DNA from: Macrostomum lignano | Taxonomy: Eukaryota | Assembly: GCA_002269645.1 (NCBI GenBank) | Contig: NIVC01004990.1 | Location: 1 to 29,279, forward strand | Reading direction: 5' to 3' | Length of the DNA stretch: 29,279 nucleotides | Part shown: in pieces, positions 1-12,157 of the stretch | Numbering within the stretch: the first letter of the stretch is position 1 | Layout: every line of letters begins with the position of its first letter | Translations under genes and position numbers: made by a program | Notes under the pieces: model-generated | Seen by the model: only the letters and a program-made list of their open reading frames with translations | What the model was told of the DNA's origin: nothing | The model's database searches: none

Positions 1-660
1 CCCCTGCCTCTAATAAAAAAATTGCATACGTACGTGTAAACAACTTGAAATTGGTGTAGACAGATTGTACACATTAGCCAGCGCCACTGAAATGTACGAG
101 CGTACATGGCAAGGCAATAAAATCAGGCGGCGGGTTGGGTTGGAGGTTTTGTGTGGAAAGACGTGGTTAAAGTTTTAAGCTAGGGCAGGGAGGGGTAAGA
201 GCCAATAAATGAGCCTGTGGTCTAAAAATACATAAAAACTTCTGTTTAACTTACTACTGAATTGAAAGTAGCTTACACGAAATTTGCTGTGTGGCCCATC
301 ATTATTTTAGTATCTGTGATTGGAGCTGTGAGCACTCATGCTTCAACTTGACTCTCTACTGAGACAGTAGTACAGAGTGTATATTTGTCTGTCTGTAATT
401 GAATTGTCTTGATTTCTCTGGCACGTTGATTGCCCGTGTTTTTCTGCAATGCACCGCTTTAATGCTAAAATACACCTAAGCTGGTGCGTTATTAAACACT
501 TTTTGCTAGCTCAATGTTCTCTGATAAATGTTATTGCGCTGTCGCAGTAAAACCATATGTTGATTTACTTTTTACTTACTATTTACTATTACTATTTACT
601 ACTTACTACTTTTTACTTGTGTAAACTGAATTACTGAATAATTCCATGCTTGCCGCAGAA

Positions 661-990
661 CGATTCCCAGGTTCCAAGGGCTATTCCCCAGAGCGAATCC
701 CTCAGAGAAATTCCCTCATAAATTTACCAGAACAAATTCCCTAACAGAAATTCCCCACGGAAATTCCTTCAAAACAAATTCCCTCACAGAAATTCCCCAC
801 GGAAATTCCTTCAAAACAAATTCCCTCAGAAATTCCCCCGCAGAAATATCCTCAAAACAAATTTCCTCGCATAAATTCCCTCATTACAAATTCCATCAGA
901 ACCGAACATAAATTCACTCAGGACGAATTCCCTCAGAGAAATTCCTCAGAGAAGCAGATTCCCGAGAGAAATTCTCTCAGAGCAATTCCC
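661..990. repeat. Degenerate tandem array of ~14-15 bp units (core AAATTCCC), roughly 20 copies
   Basis: Repeated (G/C)AAATTCCC(T/C)CA motif read directly; a ~42-bp block (aaattccct.acagaaattccccacggaaattccttcaaaac) occurs twice at ~735-818. Confidence 0.8.
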
Positions 991-1885
991 CATCACACCT
1001 GCCTAAATCTACATATCCAGCTGCAAACTAACCGCTGCCAACTCTGCTTAACTTGCCAGATGCGCGCACACTTCAGGATAGAGAAGAAGTTATCAAGGTT
1101 TGCCGTCGCTGGGACGCAAAATTACGGAGCCAAATAAAAGGAAATAAAGCTGGTACATTTATATATTTTCATGATGGCTAGCAGCTTAGCATATAGCGCC
1201 TATAATAACATATCGATTTATATATAAGGACAAAGCGTCGCGGCCTTAATGCATGCTTTAGCTAATTGGAAAATATCGCTTATCAAAAGTGAACACGCAC
1301 ATAGAAACCAACATAGAGACGGGTAAGCAGAGAATTCAGGAGGCCATTGCGGAAGCTGGCAAGCCGGGGGCCGTCTCGATGCTTTAGGGTAGAGCAAGCT
1401 TGAAGGCGAAGTTAAATAACTGACTAAATGGCAGCATATGAGAGATGGCACATTATTGTGTTTTTAACATTAATTCCTAGTCAGTTATCATTTGCAAATT
1501 ATCAATAGAAAACATTGCTGCGATGCTGACAGAGCAATTTATAAGCGCTTTGCTGCTACAGGGGATTTTCAAAAAGAGATTGCAGAGTTTTTGGAACGCC
1601 AACAATTGCTAATCCACTGCTCATTGTATAGCAGAGAAATAATTTGTTCACCGATGCTGCTACTAACGAATGCATTTGTCAGTAGCATAGCAGGCATATG
1701 CGAAATGGGTGTGCATGTTATACTCGTAAACAGATTCTACAAACTAGAAGAATGCTTTGAGATTGAGAGAAGTTCAGGCGGATTTCATGCCGAACAAACA
1801 CGATTCTGGAGGGAATTTCGATGGAAAATTATCAGCCAGTTATAACGCAGGGAAGACCGAAAGTAGAGGAGCTTTCTAAAATGAT

Positions 1886-1891
1886 TTTATT
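1886..1891 (-). terminator. Candidate polyadenylation signal (AATAAA) of the integrin alpha gene
   Basis: tttatt on + strand, ~260 nt downstream of the integrin stop; position plausible, usage untested. Confidence 0.35.
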
Positions 1892-1929
1892 GTTTGACTT
1901 GCTTGCTTGCTTGATAATGGGGTGTCTTT

Positions 1930-2022
1930 CAAGGACTACTAACCAGTTTGGAAGTCGCCTTCTTCAACTAATGGGAGAGTTATCCAAGGACTACCTAATC
2001 AGTTTGGAAGAACCGCCTTCAC
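1930..2022. repeat. Short imperfect direct duplication in the integrin 3' UTR region
   Basis: caaggactac-taaccagtttggaagt-cgccttc (~1931) vs caaggactacctaatcagtttggaagaaccgccttc (~1986). Confidence 0.7.
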
Positions 2023-2151
2023 CTATTTTCAATCCGCCACCAGATAAAAATTTGAGAATCTTTACTATTAGGGAATCGGTAACGCAGGGACGCAAACACG
2101 AGCAAACATGTGTAGCAATGACAACAACAACACATGAACAAACAGACAGCA

Positions 2152-5100
2152 TCATCGATAAAAGTCGTCATCGTTGGCGTCTTTCTGCGGCACTGAGTTG
2201 TAATCTTGTGGCGGCTTTTTCCGGTGAAAGAAATTGCAATACCAAAGCAGCAGGATGAGTAGCAGCAGTAGCCAGATGCCAGGAAGATGGCTAGAATGAT
2301 GTAACCCCAGGGGATTTGGTCCACTATCGGCGGCCGAATGCTGAGGAACAGAAACGTCTGCAGGATGCTGGAGTTCCCATCTACATCGACGTTACGAAAA
2401 GCGAAAAGCTCGGGCGGCGGCGCAGGTTTAGCTGGATCTGGGACCGGATGTTGAACCGGCTTAGGTGGTGCCGGAAGTAGGTAGGCGACCAGAGGCGTGC
2501 GTGAAGGTGCAGGAAGACTCGGTCGACTGTCCGGACGCCGTCGCGGCCGAGGTCGCGCACCGGACAGTTAAAGGTGACGCAGCGGAACGGCACAGGGGCC
2601 AGCTCGGGCCTGTCGCAGTCAAACGTCGGATCCGTCTCTTGCGGCGCTGGCGTCGGCGTCGGATTGGTCGACGAAGGCGAAGTCGAGGACGTCTCTTCTA
2701 GACTGCGACGTTGTCTCGTGCCATGAGTCTCACTAAACGTAGAATTATCGCCAAGTTCGTTGCTGTTGATGCTGTTGAAGATATTGACCTCGTGCTGGTT
2801 CTCTAGCAGCGTCAGAGGAGGTTTCGCCAGTCGCACGGCCATGTTGGGCTCCAGCGGTTGGCACTCGCGTCTTGGTTTCCAATAAAGCCTTCGGCATCGT
2901 CGGAGGTAAACGGCAGGCCCGGCAGGTATTGGCTCACCCGGTCAGAGTCGCCGACCTCTGTAGCGTGCGACCAGGCCAGGGCGTTTTTAGGAAAGTATAG
3001 CAGCAGGTGGCCCCGGTCGGTCACTAGGGGCACGCGGATGGAGATGCTGAGGCCGCGGATTGCCGCTGCCGGCCGCGTGGACGCCAGCAGCTCGAATGTC
3101 TGCTGCAGGCCCGGCCCAACCACGGATGCGGCGGTAGCTCCACTTAACGCCATCAATTTCGCCTCGTTTATGCTTTTTGACTGTCGGGCGTCGGCAATCA
3201 TCGACTCGTCTGTGGCTGAGAGCAGCCGAAGGCTGACGCTGGTGTTGAAGGTGATTGACAGTTCGGCCCAATTATTCATCAGCTCACCGTCGCGGGTCAC
3301 GAAGTCCTGATAGCCGGCGATGTCGCCAAGCAGGTTTAACAGGCGGAAGCCGACCCGATAGGCGGTGCGACGGCCGTCGAAATTCAGCCGCAGCGTCACC
3401 TCTATCTGGCCGCGGCCATTGCGGGTTAGGACGTCGGGCGGGTCGGGGAACGGCTCGGTCAGCAGCACCTCTTTGTGCTGGCTAAAGTAGCGAGCCTCGC
3501 TCACAGACTCGTTGCCGCCGCGGCCAAAGGTTTTTGTTCGCAGAGTGACCGCATCGAGCACATGGACGCCGTCGCTGGGGGTCAACCGGATTGCCATTCC
3601 ACCGTAGTAAGGGTAGCTGCTCTGCTTGCGAATCCGTAGAGTCACCTGGAGCTGTTGGTAACTGTTCAGCAGAATTGACGGTTTGCCGAGCAGCTCCAAA
3701 CGGATGTTACCGGTGGGATTGCAGTTGAAACCAAAATCGGGATCGCAGACGCCGGTCTTAAATTTGTAGAGCGGCACTGAAAAGACGTCCTCATAGCCTG
3801 GGAAGACCCGCCGACCCTGCAGAACGGCCGGAAAGAAGCCGCTAGAGCTGCCAGTCACGATCACCCTGTCGGTCATGCGCCAGTGCATCAGCAGGACGAG
3901 ATCACGCAGCATGCCATCCGGTGAGGAATGCCGCTGATTATTCGGCAGCGGCCTGAGCCGGAACATCAACGTGAACTGGATCGTGTCGGCCGACTTGCCC
4001 GGCACTCGGGTCAGCTCGCACCAGCTGTCCGCACCGGGCTTCACCGCCGACGGGCAGTCGATCAGTTCGATTAGGAAACGTCGCTGCTGCTCGGTGCTGG
4101 CCAGCTCTTCTGGCCGCACGCGCAGGTTAAACTGGTAGTTGGACAGGTCAACGCCAGCCTTCGTGTGCATGCGGATGGTGGCCCCAATGGGCCGGGACAG
4201 TTGACTGCTGAACGAGTGCATCATAATGTCTGTTTTGAACACCTCGTCGATTGTAGCGTTGACGTAGTGGAAGTCGATTGCAGTAATCAGCAGCAGGCGG
4301 CCGGGCAGGACAACAGCGTGGTGGCTGGAGATGGCGCCAACCACCAGCTCGCTGACCGTATTGTTGTCCAGGTCCGGGCCAGGGCGAGGCTCCAACCAAA
4401 TCCGGTGATGTTCGGCTCAAGCGAGCTCAGGTCAGCGGCGTTGACAATCTCGAATGGCTGCAGCTCTGCAGTTGGGTTGGCGTAGTTGGGCATACCCAGG
4501 AACAGGTACACCGCGCCGGTACCGTTTACTCCGCAGCCGGGGCAGCCCACGGCGAAGTCTTCAATGTCGTCGTAGTTGACGTCGCCGATACCGACAACGT
4601 CGGTTCCTAAACGACCGCCTCGCTCGCGGCCGCAATAGCGCGCAGGCATCGAAGAAACTCTGTCAATCGGCTTACCGAGTGTTTCGAGTGTCAAAACAAA
4701 GATGCAGCCGCGGTCGAGACCTTCGGCGCCGAGGCCATCGGAGTGAAACGGGCGCCGAGTAGCACCGCCTTTCGCTTTGTCTGCAGCGATTCGCTTATCA
4801 CGGCGCTTGAGTAGCCCAGGTAGTTAAACGAACGGTATAGATAGTCGTAGAACGGCTGTCCCATCCTAGCCTCGATGGACTTGGCTTTGACCTCGCCGGG
4901 CCTCAGCCAGGCTAGCAGAGTGTCGCTTTTCTCATGGAAGAACGGCGAGGTGGCGTAGACAACCCCACTGTCCGGGTCGGTGGCCAGCGAGTAGCCCAGG
5001 TAATTCTTTTTTAATTCGTTGAGTTCAACCTCTGTCGGCTTCGAGTCAAACACGCCGCTTTGCACAGACAGAGAGGCGCTGTCGTTTTTTACAAAAAATG

Positions 5101-5761
5101 CCAAGTGCTGCATCATGCAGAACGGACCGGACACTGTCAGCTGGGTTTGGCTTGAGTTCCCTGGAACCCTGGCCAGTGCCGCCTGGAAGCCACCCAGACA
5201 GTTACCGTAATTTTTGTCATCCTTGGAGCTGGCCATGTAGGGGAAGAATTTCTGCAGCCAGATCGGCTCTGCGCTGGACGAACGCCAGTAGCCGCACAGG
5301 CCCGGCGTGGCCGTCAAGTTGAACGCCGGACTAGCAAAGTTGTGCCCTGGCGCGCAGACAACAAACTGGCCGTCCGGCAGGCTGGCCAGGCTGGCGCCGA
5401 ACAGCGAGAACTGGACGAAACTGTCGGAGTCGCCGACTGGTTGGCTGAACGGCAATCCGGAGCCGTCGCAGATGACGCGGCTAGTGTTGAAATCGGCGAT
5501 GCTGACGGGGCAGAGGTGGGCGGTGCCGGAGGCCGACTTGGTGGCCGGATGGTAGCCAACCGGGTCTGTCACGAGTAGATGGAAGACGTTCGCTGACTCT
5601 CCTTTGATGATGGCAACCCGGTAGCCGAACAAAGACCTCGCCGCTGAGCTGCTGCTGGTGCCGGGAGACGTCGGCGCCTTGCGAATGATGGCCGACGAGG
5701 TGTGCAGAAACAGACCATCGGCTGGCTGCCAGAGCAGCAGCAATAGCAGCAACAAGCGCAT
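2152..5761 (-). CDS. Integrin alpha subunit (no I-domain), single exon, broken by five apparent 1-nt deletions (~4751, ~4380, ~2866, ~2423, ~2280)
   Basis: Signal peptide MRLLLLLLLLWQPADG. Seven FG-GAP blades: SLFGYRVA, SLFGASLA..VVCAPG, CLGGFQAA..SGPF, YLGYSLA..TSPF, YLGYSSA..LLGAP, GDVNYDDIEDFAVGCPG..GAVYLFLG, FGWSLALGPDLDNNTVSELVVGA. Furin-type site RQRR/S in the leg. Joined frames give TM IPWGYIILAIFLGIWLLLLLILLLW and tail YCNFFHRKKPPQDYNSVPQKDANDDDFYR-stop (2154-2152). 3610 nt + 5 = 3615 nt = 1205 codons, so the frames close exactly. Confidence 0.92.
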
Positions 5762-7130
5762 TTATTGAACTGTGAGCCGCTTGTTGTCTCGTTGTTCTGT
5801 CAGCGACAAGACGGCAGCATTTTGTGGCAAATGCGATTTGCGGACCGCCGGCTTTCGGGCCTACTTGTTCTCTATCGTCAATAATGACAACACTTCGTCC
5901 AAAACAGCTCTTCCTTCTGTGCTTCAAAATATGTATAACTATTATGACGCCGGACAGCCAATAGGGGGAAAGCACAGGGGTGCCTGTGCGGCAGGCCAGA
6001 CAGGAGTAAAGGGAAGAGAAAGAGAGAGAAGAGACGTTGTTGAACTGCAGGCCAGTGGGAATATGGAAACTGTTTGAGTGTAGGAAGGACTGAAGGGAGG
6101 GTGGGACTGCAAGTGCAGGTTTAGCAGTGGTTGGACGCGGGGACCCAAGCCTTCTCATGGAACTCGCATGGAACAGTGCCTATCCACACTCTCTCATCGC
6201 ACGGCGTTCAGCTGTGAACCGAAAGTACAGGGAAAGGGCGGAGTGGTGGGGTGTGAGTGTCAGAGAGACGGGCAGAGAGGGCGGGAAAGAAAAAGAGAAA
6301 GGAAGCCTGGCGGGGGGGGGGTGGAGGCGCCGCCCCAACACCACTGAAGCGGGATCCGAGCGGCATCTTAGGGGGAGCAGTGAATGGGGGGCGAAGTTAT
6401 GTACGAATGATTTGGAAAGAGGGTTGGGAATAAAGAGATCAAAGTATATGGAAAAGTGGCCTAGATTCCCAACCGTGGGTAGAGAGCTTACAATATTTTA
6501 CTACAGTATTATCCAGCGCATTATAATATTACTTGTCTGGGGCAAAATATAAAGAGATAAAAAGCAATATTGGCAGAGATTCATTGCTGGCTTGTTGCTT
6601 GCAGCTTGTCCTGACTGCTTGTCTTGACTTTTGACTGTTGATCCCCGAATTCGCGATCAATTCCCAAAGAATTCCTACTAAACTGTTATTGCTTACGCGC
6701 AAACAGGGCAGAAAAGAAGGGTTTGCCGACCGTGTCCCGGTTGACCTTCGTTTCCTATCCTTCTCAGAGTCTTTCCCACTACTGCCTTCCTCACCCGCTG
6801 TTAATAAATTTGTGCACACTTCTCATGCTCAGTGTCTGGCCACGTCTGCATGTCTGAGTAAAATATACAATAAGCGCAAGAACCAACCAGGCCAGCCAAG
6901 GCAACCAATTAATAACACGAAAAGCACGCAAGAGAAGCAAGAAAAAAGCCAAAAAGGTTTTGCTGGGCTTTAGTTTTTTTCTCTTCTCGATGATATCAGG
7001 TCAGTCTTGCAGGCAAAAAATAACTTGATGAAGATGCACGCTTGCTTCAAGAAGGCCCACGCTGAGGCCTGTTGAATCGAAATAACTGCTGCATGCACTG
7101 GCAGGTGTGTGTTTGTCTCAACTCTACTCG

Positions 7131-7150
7131 TCTCTCTCTCTCTCTCTCTC
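7131..7150. repeat. (TC)10 microsatellite
   Basis: Read directly. Confidence 0.9.
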
Positions 7151-9520
7151 CCTCTCGGAATGTTTTTTTAACTCAAAGCAGAGGACAAAAAATAAAAGCA
7201 GAAAAAGATGCAAAAAGTAATCAAAACAGTTCCAAATGAGTTACTGCTGAGAAACAGTTTTTTTACAATTCAGCTGAGACTGAGAGAACTCAGTCGAAAG
7301 AGCTCTCCCGGGCAAGGCTGTTAGGTCTTTAAGACTTCGCTATTTTAAATGTGAGCGAACTGCATTGAGTGAAAGCAGCAATATTTGCAGGCAAAAAATC
7401 TGGGAGAGTTAAAAAACTGTAGCTCGTATTGACATTTCCGTCTTGCTTCTGCAATGTTATATACTATAGCATAGAAGAGTTCCCGCATGTACATGCAGAG
7501 CGAAAGCTAGCATAACTCTATTTTTTTAAATCAGCAACTCTCCAGTGACTGTCAGCATCAGCATCAGCTTCTGCTTCTGCTCGTAGCTTCGTTCTGCTCT
7601 GCACACTTTTGCTGAGATGTGGAAAGCAATTTTTTAAGCCGAGCCAATCGATTTGGCGTTGCAGTCTGCGCATTTATCGACAAATCGACATGTCCGTGTA
7701 ATTTGGAGGATTTCACAGCTCTGGGAAAATATTATCACTAACGATTTATAGCAAAATGGCTAGCCTTTCTAGCCCATTATTCAGTACAGATTTCCCGGTT
7801 GTCTGCACTCTGCAGCAGGTCAGAAAAAATCAAATCGCGCAGATTTTACGAAAAAACACGCTAGATATTTTCGTTTGACTATACGCGTGCAGGGGAATGC
7901 CATTGCCTCACACTTGTGGGGTGCTCCTGTCATTGCTGCATGCTAGAGAGGAATCACGCTTGTATAAAGTCCGTAAAAACGCTGGGGACCGATCGTTGAT
8001 CAGACTACATGTACACTAAAATAAAAACAAAAAATAAACTCCTTCACTATGTACGCTCACCCAACTTAATTGTATAGTCTTATCAGTCAATCAATAATGG
8101 ACCCCTTTACGAGGTGGTTCCTGATTGGGCAAGTCTTTCCACCTTTCTTTGCTGCCTAGCGCATGTACATTTAGCCTTTTCTAGCATGCGCATTCAATCC
8201 ACAACCTTCCCTAATCGTATGTACACTCCGCCTGTGTGTACATTCAGCCTCTACCACGTTCCACAAAGATCTATCAACCCGCCTCCCTTATTTCTCTTAA
8301 CCACAGAGGACAAATAATTCTCATTCGGATGACGAAAGAGAATTTTTCTGCCTTTAAAATGCATCTTGGCATTCCAGAGAAATTTCATATTCAAAGCTAG
8401 CTTAGTGGTAGGGAGGAACGTGAAAAAGTACAACTAGTTTCTCTGCTACCAATTTTTGCTGGCCAACCAGATTTGCAAAAACGTCCGCGTAACGCGTTGG
8501 TTGCTACCAGAACTTCGTCCAGGCTTTGGCCTCCCTTTCTATCCCTGTTGACCATTGTACTTTTACGTTACGTCCAAGAGTCCTTAGACTAGAACTAGCG
8601 ACGGCATTGTAGACGAAAGGCACTTTGTCTGATGAGAGACGCAACAAATCTGCTACCGCGTTATAACCAGTGTCCTTAAGCACAGTGTACTTAAAAAAGC
8701 TGCATTTGATGCAAAATGTCAACGGCGCCATTACTCTCGTATATGCCGCTTCTACACAATCTATTCGAGAATTAAGAGCAATTTTGTTCTTCGAAATGAA
8801 AGCTAAAAATCTCGAGGCTGGCACTGAGACTGACAGATATTAGGCATGGATAGCTGCGAAAAAGCAGAAAACTGTGGGTGCTGCTGCATGGATTCCGGTA
8901 GATCCATCTATTTATGCTCTATACCCGCCCATATTCAACCTCAGTACCTTCAGCCAGGGGCATCATAAAAGTTATTATTCAATCTATACGATGGTCGGGG
9001 TGGGGCTAAATTGTATATTTAATAGTTGAGTAGGTATGGAAGTGAGCTGCAAGCCTAACGGCTAAGAAGAAAAGCCGTTACAGTTCCTGAATTTCAGGCA
9101 ATTCTAAACGACGGGCAAAGGCAGTTCAGTTAACTGGCGCAGGCAGTTTTATTATGCGTAATAAATTATCTCACACAAACCCAAGAGCTCTGTGAATTAA
9201 TTCACAAAGGATCCGATCAGTTCAGTCACACCCGAGCTTGTGCGACATACGAGTAACGCATAGTCTATCATCATTCTCTCACACACACAAAACGGCCAGA
9301 ACTGTCTTTGAATTAGCTATATGTACGAGCATACATATTGTATGCATTGTATTGTAGGGTTACTGTTAATTAATTATTGATCAGAAAGGACACGAGTTAA
9401 GCAGACTGCGAAAATGGGTTAAGTTAGGTGGATCAGATATAGCTAGTAAAAAGACCACTCTGATCAGTTTCGCAGGTGGGGCTCTTGGCAGGGACGTAGT
9501 CAGGAGGGCAAGGAGGGCCA

Positions 9521-10861
9521 CCCCCCTTTCCAGCAGGCTTGGCGCCACCCCCCTTTCCAGCAGGCTTGGTGCCCCCCTTTCCAGCACGCTTGGTGCCCCC
9601 TTTCCAGCAGGCTTGGTGCCCCCCTTTCCAGCAGGCTTGGTGCCCCCCCTTTCCAGCAGGCTTGGTGCCCCCCCCCTTTCCAGCAGGCTTGGTGCCCCCC
9701 CCTTTCCAGCAGGCTTGGTGCCCCCTTTCCAGCAGGCTTGGTGCCCCCCCCCTTTCCAGCAGGCTTGGTGCCCCCTTTCCAGCAGGCTTGGTGCCCCCTT
9801 TCCAGCAGGCTTGGTGCCCCCCTTTTCAGCAGGCTTGGTGCCCCCCTTTCCAGCAGGCTTGGTGCCCCCCTTTCCAGCAGGCTTGGTGCCCCCCCCCTTT
9901 CCAGCAGGCTTGGTGCCCCCCCTTTCCAGCAGGCTTGGTGCCCCCTTTCCAGCAGGCTCGGTGCCCCCCTTTTCAGCAGGCTTGGTGCCCCTCTTTCCAG
10001 CAGGCTTGGTGCCCCCTTTCCAGCAGGCTTGGTGCCCCCTTTCCAGCAGGCTTGGTGCCCCCTTTCCAGCAGGCTTGGTGCCCCCCCCCCTTTCCAGCAG
10101 GCTTGGTGCCCCCCCTTTCCAGCAGGCTTGGTGCCCCCTTTCCAGCAGGCTCGGTGCCCCCCTTTTCAGCAGGCTTGGTGCCCCCTTTCCAGCAGGCTTG
10201 GTGCCCCCCCCTTTCCAGCAGGCTTGGTGCCCCCTTTCCAGCAGGCTTGGTGCCCCTTTCCAGCAGGCTTGGTGCCCCCTTTCCAGCAGGCTTGGTGCCC
10301 CCCCCTTTCCAGCAGGCTTGGTGCCCCCTTTCCAGCAGGCTTGGTGCCCCCCTTTCCAGCAGGCTTGGTGCCCCCTTTCCAGCAGGCTTGGTGCCCCCCT
10401 TTCCAGCAGGCTTGGTGCCCCCCCCCTTTCCAGCAGGCTTGGTGCCCCCCTTTCCAGCAGGCTTGGTGCCCCCCCTTTCCAGCAGGCTTGGTGCCCCCCC
10501 CTTTCCAGCACGCTTGGTGCCCCCCTTTCCAGCAGGCTTGGTGCCCCCTTTCCAGCAGGCTTGGTGCCCCCCCTTTCCAGCAGGCTTGGTGCCCCCTTTC
10601 CAGCAGGCTTGGTGCCCCCTTTTCAGCAGGCTTGGTGCCCCCCTTTCCAGCAGGCTTGGTGCCCCCCTTTCCAGCAGGCTTGGTGCCCCCCCCCCTTTCC
10701 AGCAGGCTTGGTGCCCCCCCTTTCCAGCAGGCTTGGTGCCCCCCTTTCCAGCAGGCTCGGTGCCCCCCTTTTCAGCAGGCTTGGTGCCCCTCTTTCCAGC
10801 AGGCTTGGTGCCCCCCTTTCCAGCAGGCTTGGTGCCCCCCTTTCCAGCAGGCTTGGTGCCC
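9521..10861. repeat. Minisatellite: TTTCCAGCAGGCTTGGTG plus a variable C-run (about 4-10), ~23-28 bp unit, ~50 copies
   Basis: Head-to-tail units with no unique spacers; explains the four spurious long ORFs at 9381-10909. Confidence 0.97.
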
Positions 10862-12157
10862 TACCCCTTGCCAGACTGGTACTGCTTGCTAGCTATAAAA
10901 TCTGAGTAAGTACTCTGACTACGAGTTAGCTGGCCAGTGTATTAAGAGATTGATCGACCAGACAGACGGTGGGAGGATGGAGAGAGGAGAAAGGGCAATG
11001 ACTGGATGGGAAAACATCCTCAGTGAACTTGATCGATTAGCTCTCAAGCCGCAGTGCTCTGTCTGTCTGTGATCTGGTCCGCTTCAATTATTCTGTTTTT
11101 TTTCGCATTTCCTAGAAATCGGAAGCAATCTGGCCTAAAAACTAAGCAGAACTCACTGGGCAGCTGCCCAAATCCCGTGACTGGCCTAGGAAAGTCGAGG
11201 CCGTTGTACACCCTGCGAGAGCACTCTCCTCGCTGGCTGCTAGAGCATTGCAGTTCGCTCCACCCATGCTGAATATTGGATGATGAAGAAGAGAGGAAAG
11301 CATGTCTGATCACGATCCAGTTTTATCTGCCATAACTATGCAAATCCCATGTGAGAATATTACGCAGCTGTTATTTTTTCAACAGGACTCTCTCATTAGC
11401 GACGTACGGAGGCCTCATTAGCAGAAAGAGCTTTTTAATGGTCGCAAGAGAGTATGCAGATGAGAATGGCGGACATACTGACATGCGTCAGGGGGTCATT
11501 AATGTCTTGTAAGCTCTATCTATAGTTCTGCTCCCTCTGTGACTGACAGCAGTGCAACAAGATGCCAGGGCCCAAAATTATGAATATCATATTTCAAATT
11601 CATATTTCCGAGCTCTGAAATATAAAATCTTGTTGAATTTGTTACGCGTAGTAATAAGCTGGTATCGGCCCTGATTCTGGATATGATGAAGCTACTTGTT
11701 TGCTGTCACTCACTGTACAGTATATAGCCTGACTCGATAAAATTTATGATTATAGATTTTTGAGTTAACGCGACATATCGGCTTAAGCCTCAGGCTTAAG
11801 AGGTTAGCCTTAACTCTGGCTTACTGATAAAATATGAGCAAATATTTATTGCCAGCTGGCGAGTTGGTGAAAGATTGACAGCGCTATACCGGTATAGCTC
11901 GTACTGCAGAGGGCAAAGCCAACTGTTACCTGATGATTAAATCTAAATAGTAGTGCGATTATTGGCTTAGCTTGGCGGCTGATCAAATATGTACCTAATA
12001 TTGAATGATTATTATCAAAAAGAATTAGAAAGAAGCGTGAGGAGATTGGACTGAAGAGGAAAAAGGGGAAAGAGAATAAAAAGGACAGCGGGAAAAGATG
12101 AAATAAATAAAGGGTGTCTGAAGGGAAACTAAGGATGGATAAAAAGGATGGGGAAGG

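Noticed and set aside
1218-2258. ORFs 1218..1451, 1492..1845 and 1821..2258
   Set aside because: No domain features or splice support; they overlap the integrin 3' end and its probable 3' UTR and flank.
2280-4751. Programmed ribosomal frameshifting in the integrin
   Set aside because: Five sites without X-XXY-YYZ slippery heptamers, and the same deletion pattern in the neighbouring gene; sequencing error is more parsimonious.
2465-5578. Plus-strand and alternate-frame ORFs over the integrin
   Set aside because: Shadow ORFs typical of GC-rich coding DNA; no recognisable domains.
5762-5785. Trans-splice acceptor just upstream of the integrin ATG (ctcacag|ttcaataaATG), and similarly before LRRIQ1
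   Set aside because: An AG is present but there is no convincing pyrimidine tract; it cannot be supported without 5' cDNA ends.
7430-7465. TTGACA...TATACT sigma70-like promoter
   Set aside because: Spacing is wrong and the context is eukaryotic; chance match in AT-rich DNA.
9381-10909. 376-456 aa ORFs on both strands
   Set aside because: Products of a stop-free minisatellite; frames shift with C-run length.
11150-11230. LPKSRDW resembling the papain-family mature N-terminus (LPxSVDWR)
   Set aside because: No following PVKNQG or CGSCW motif, and the frame is closed on both sides.
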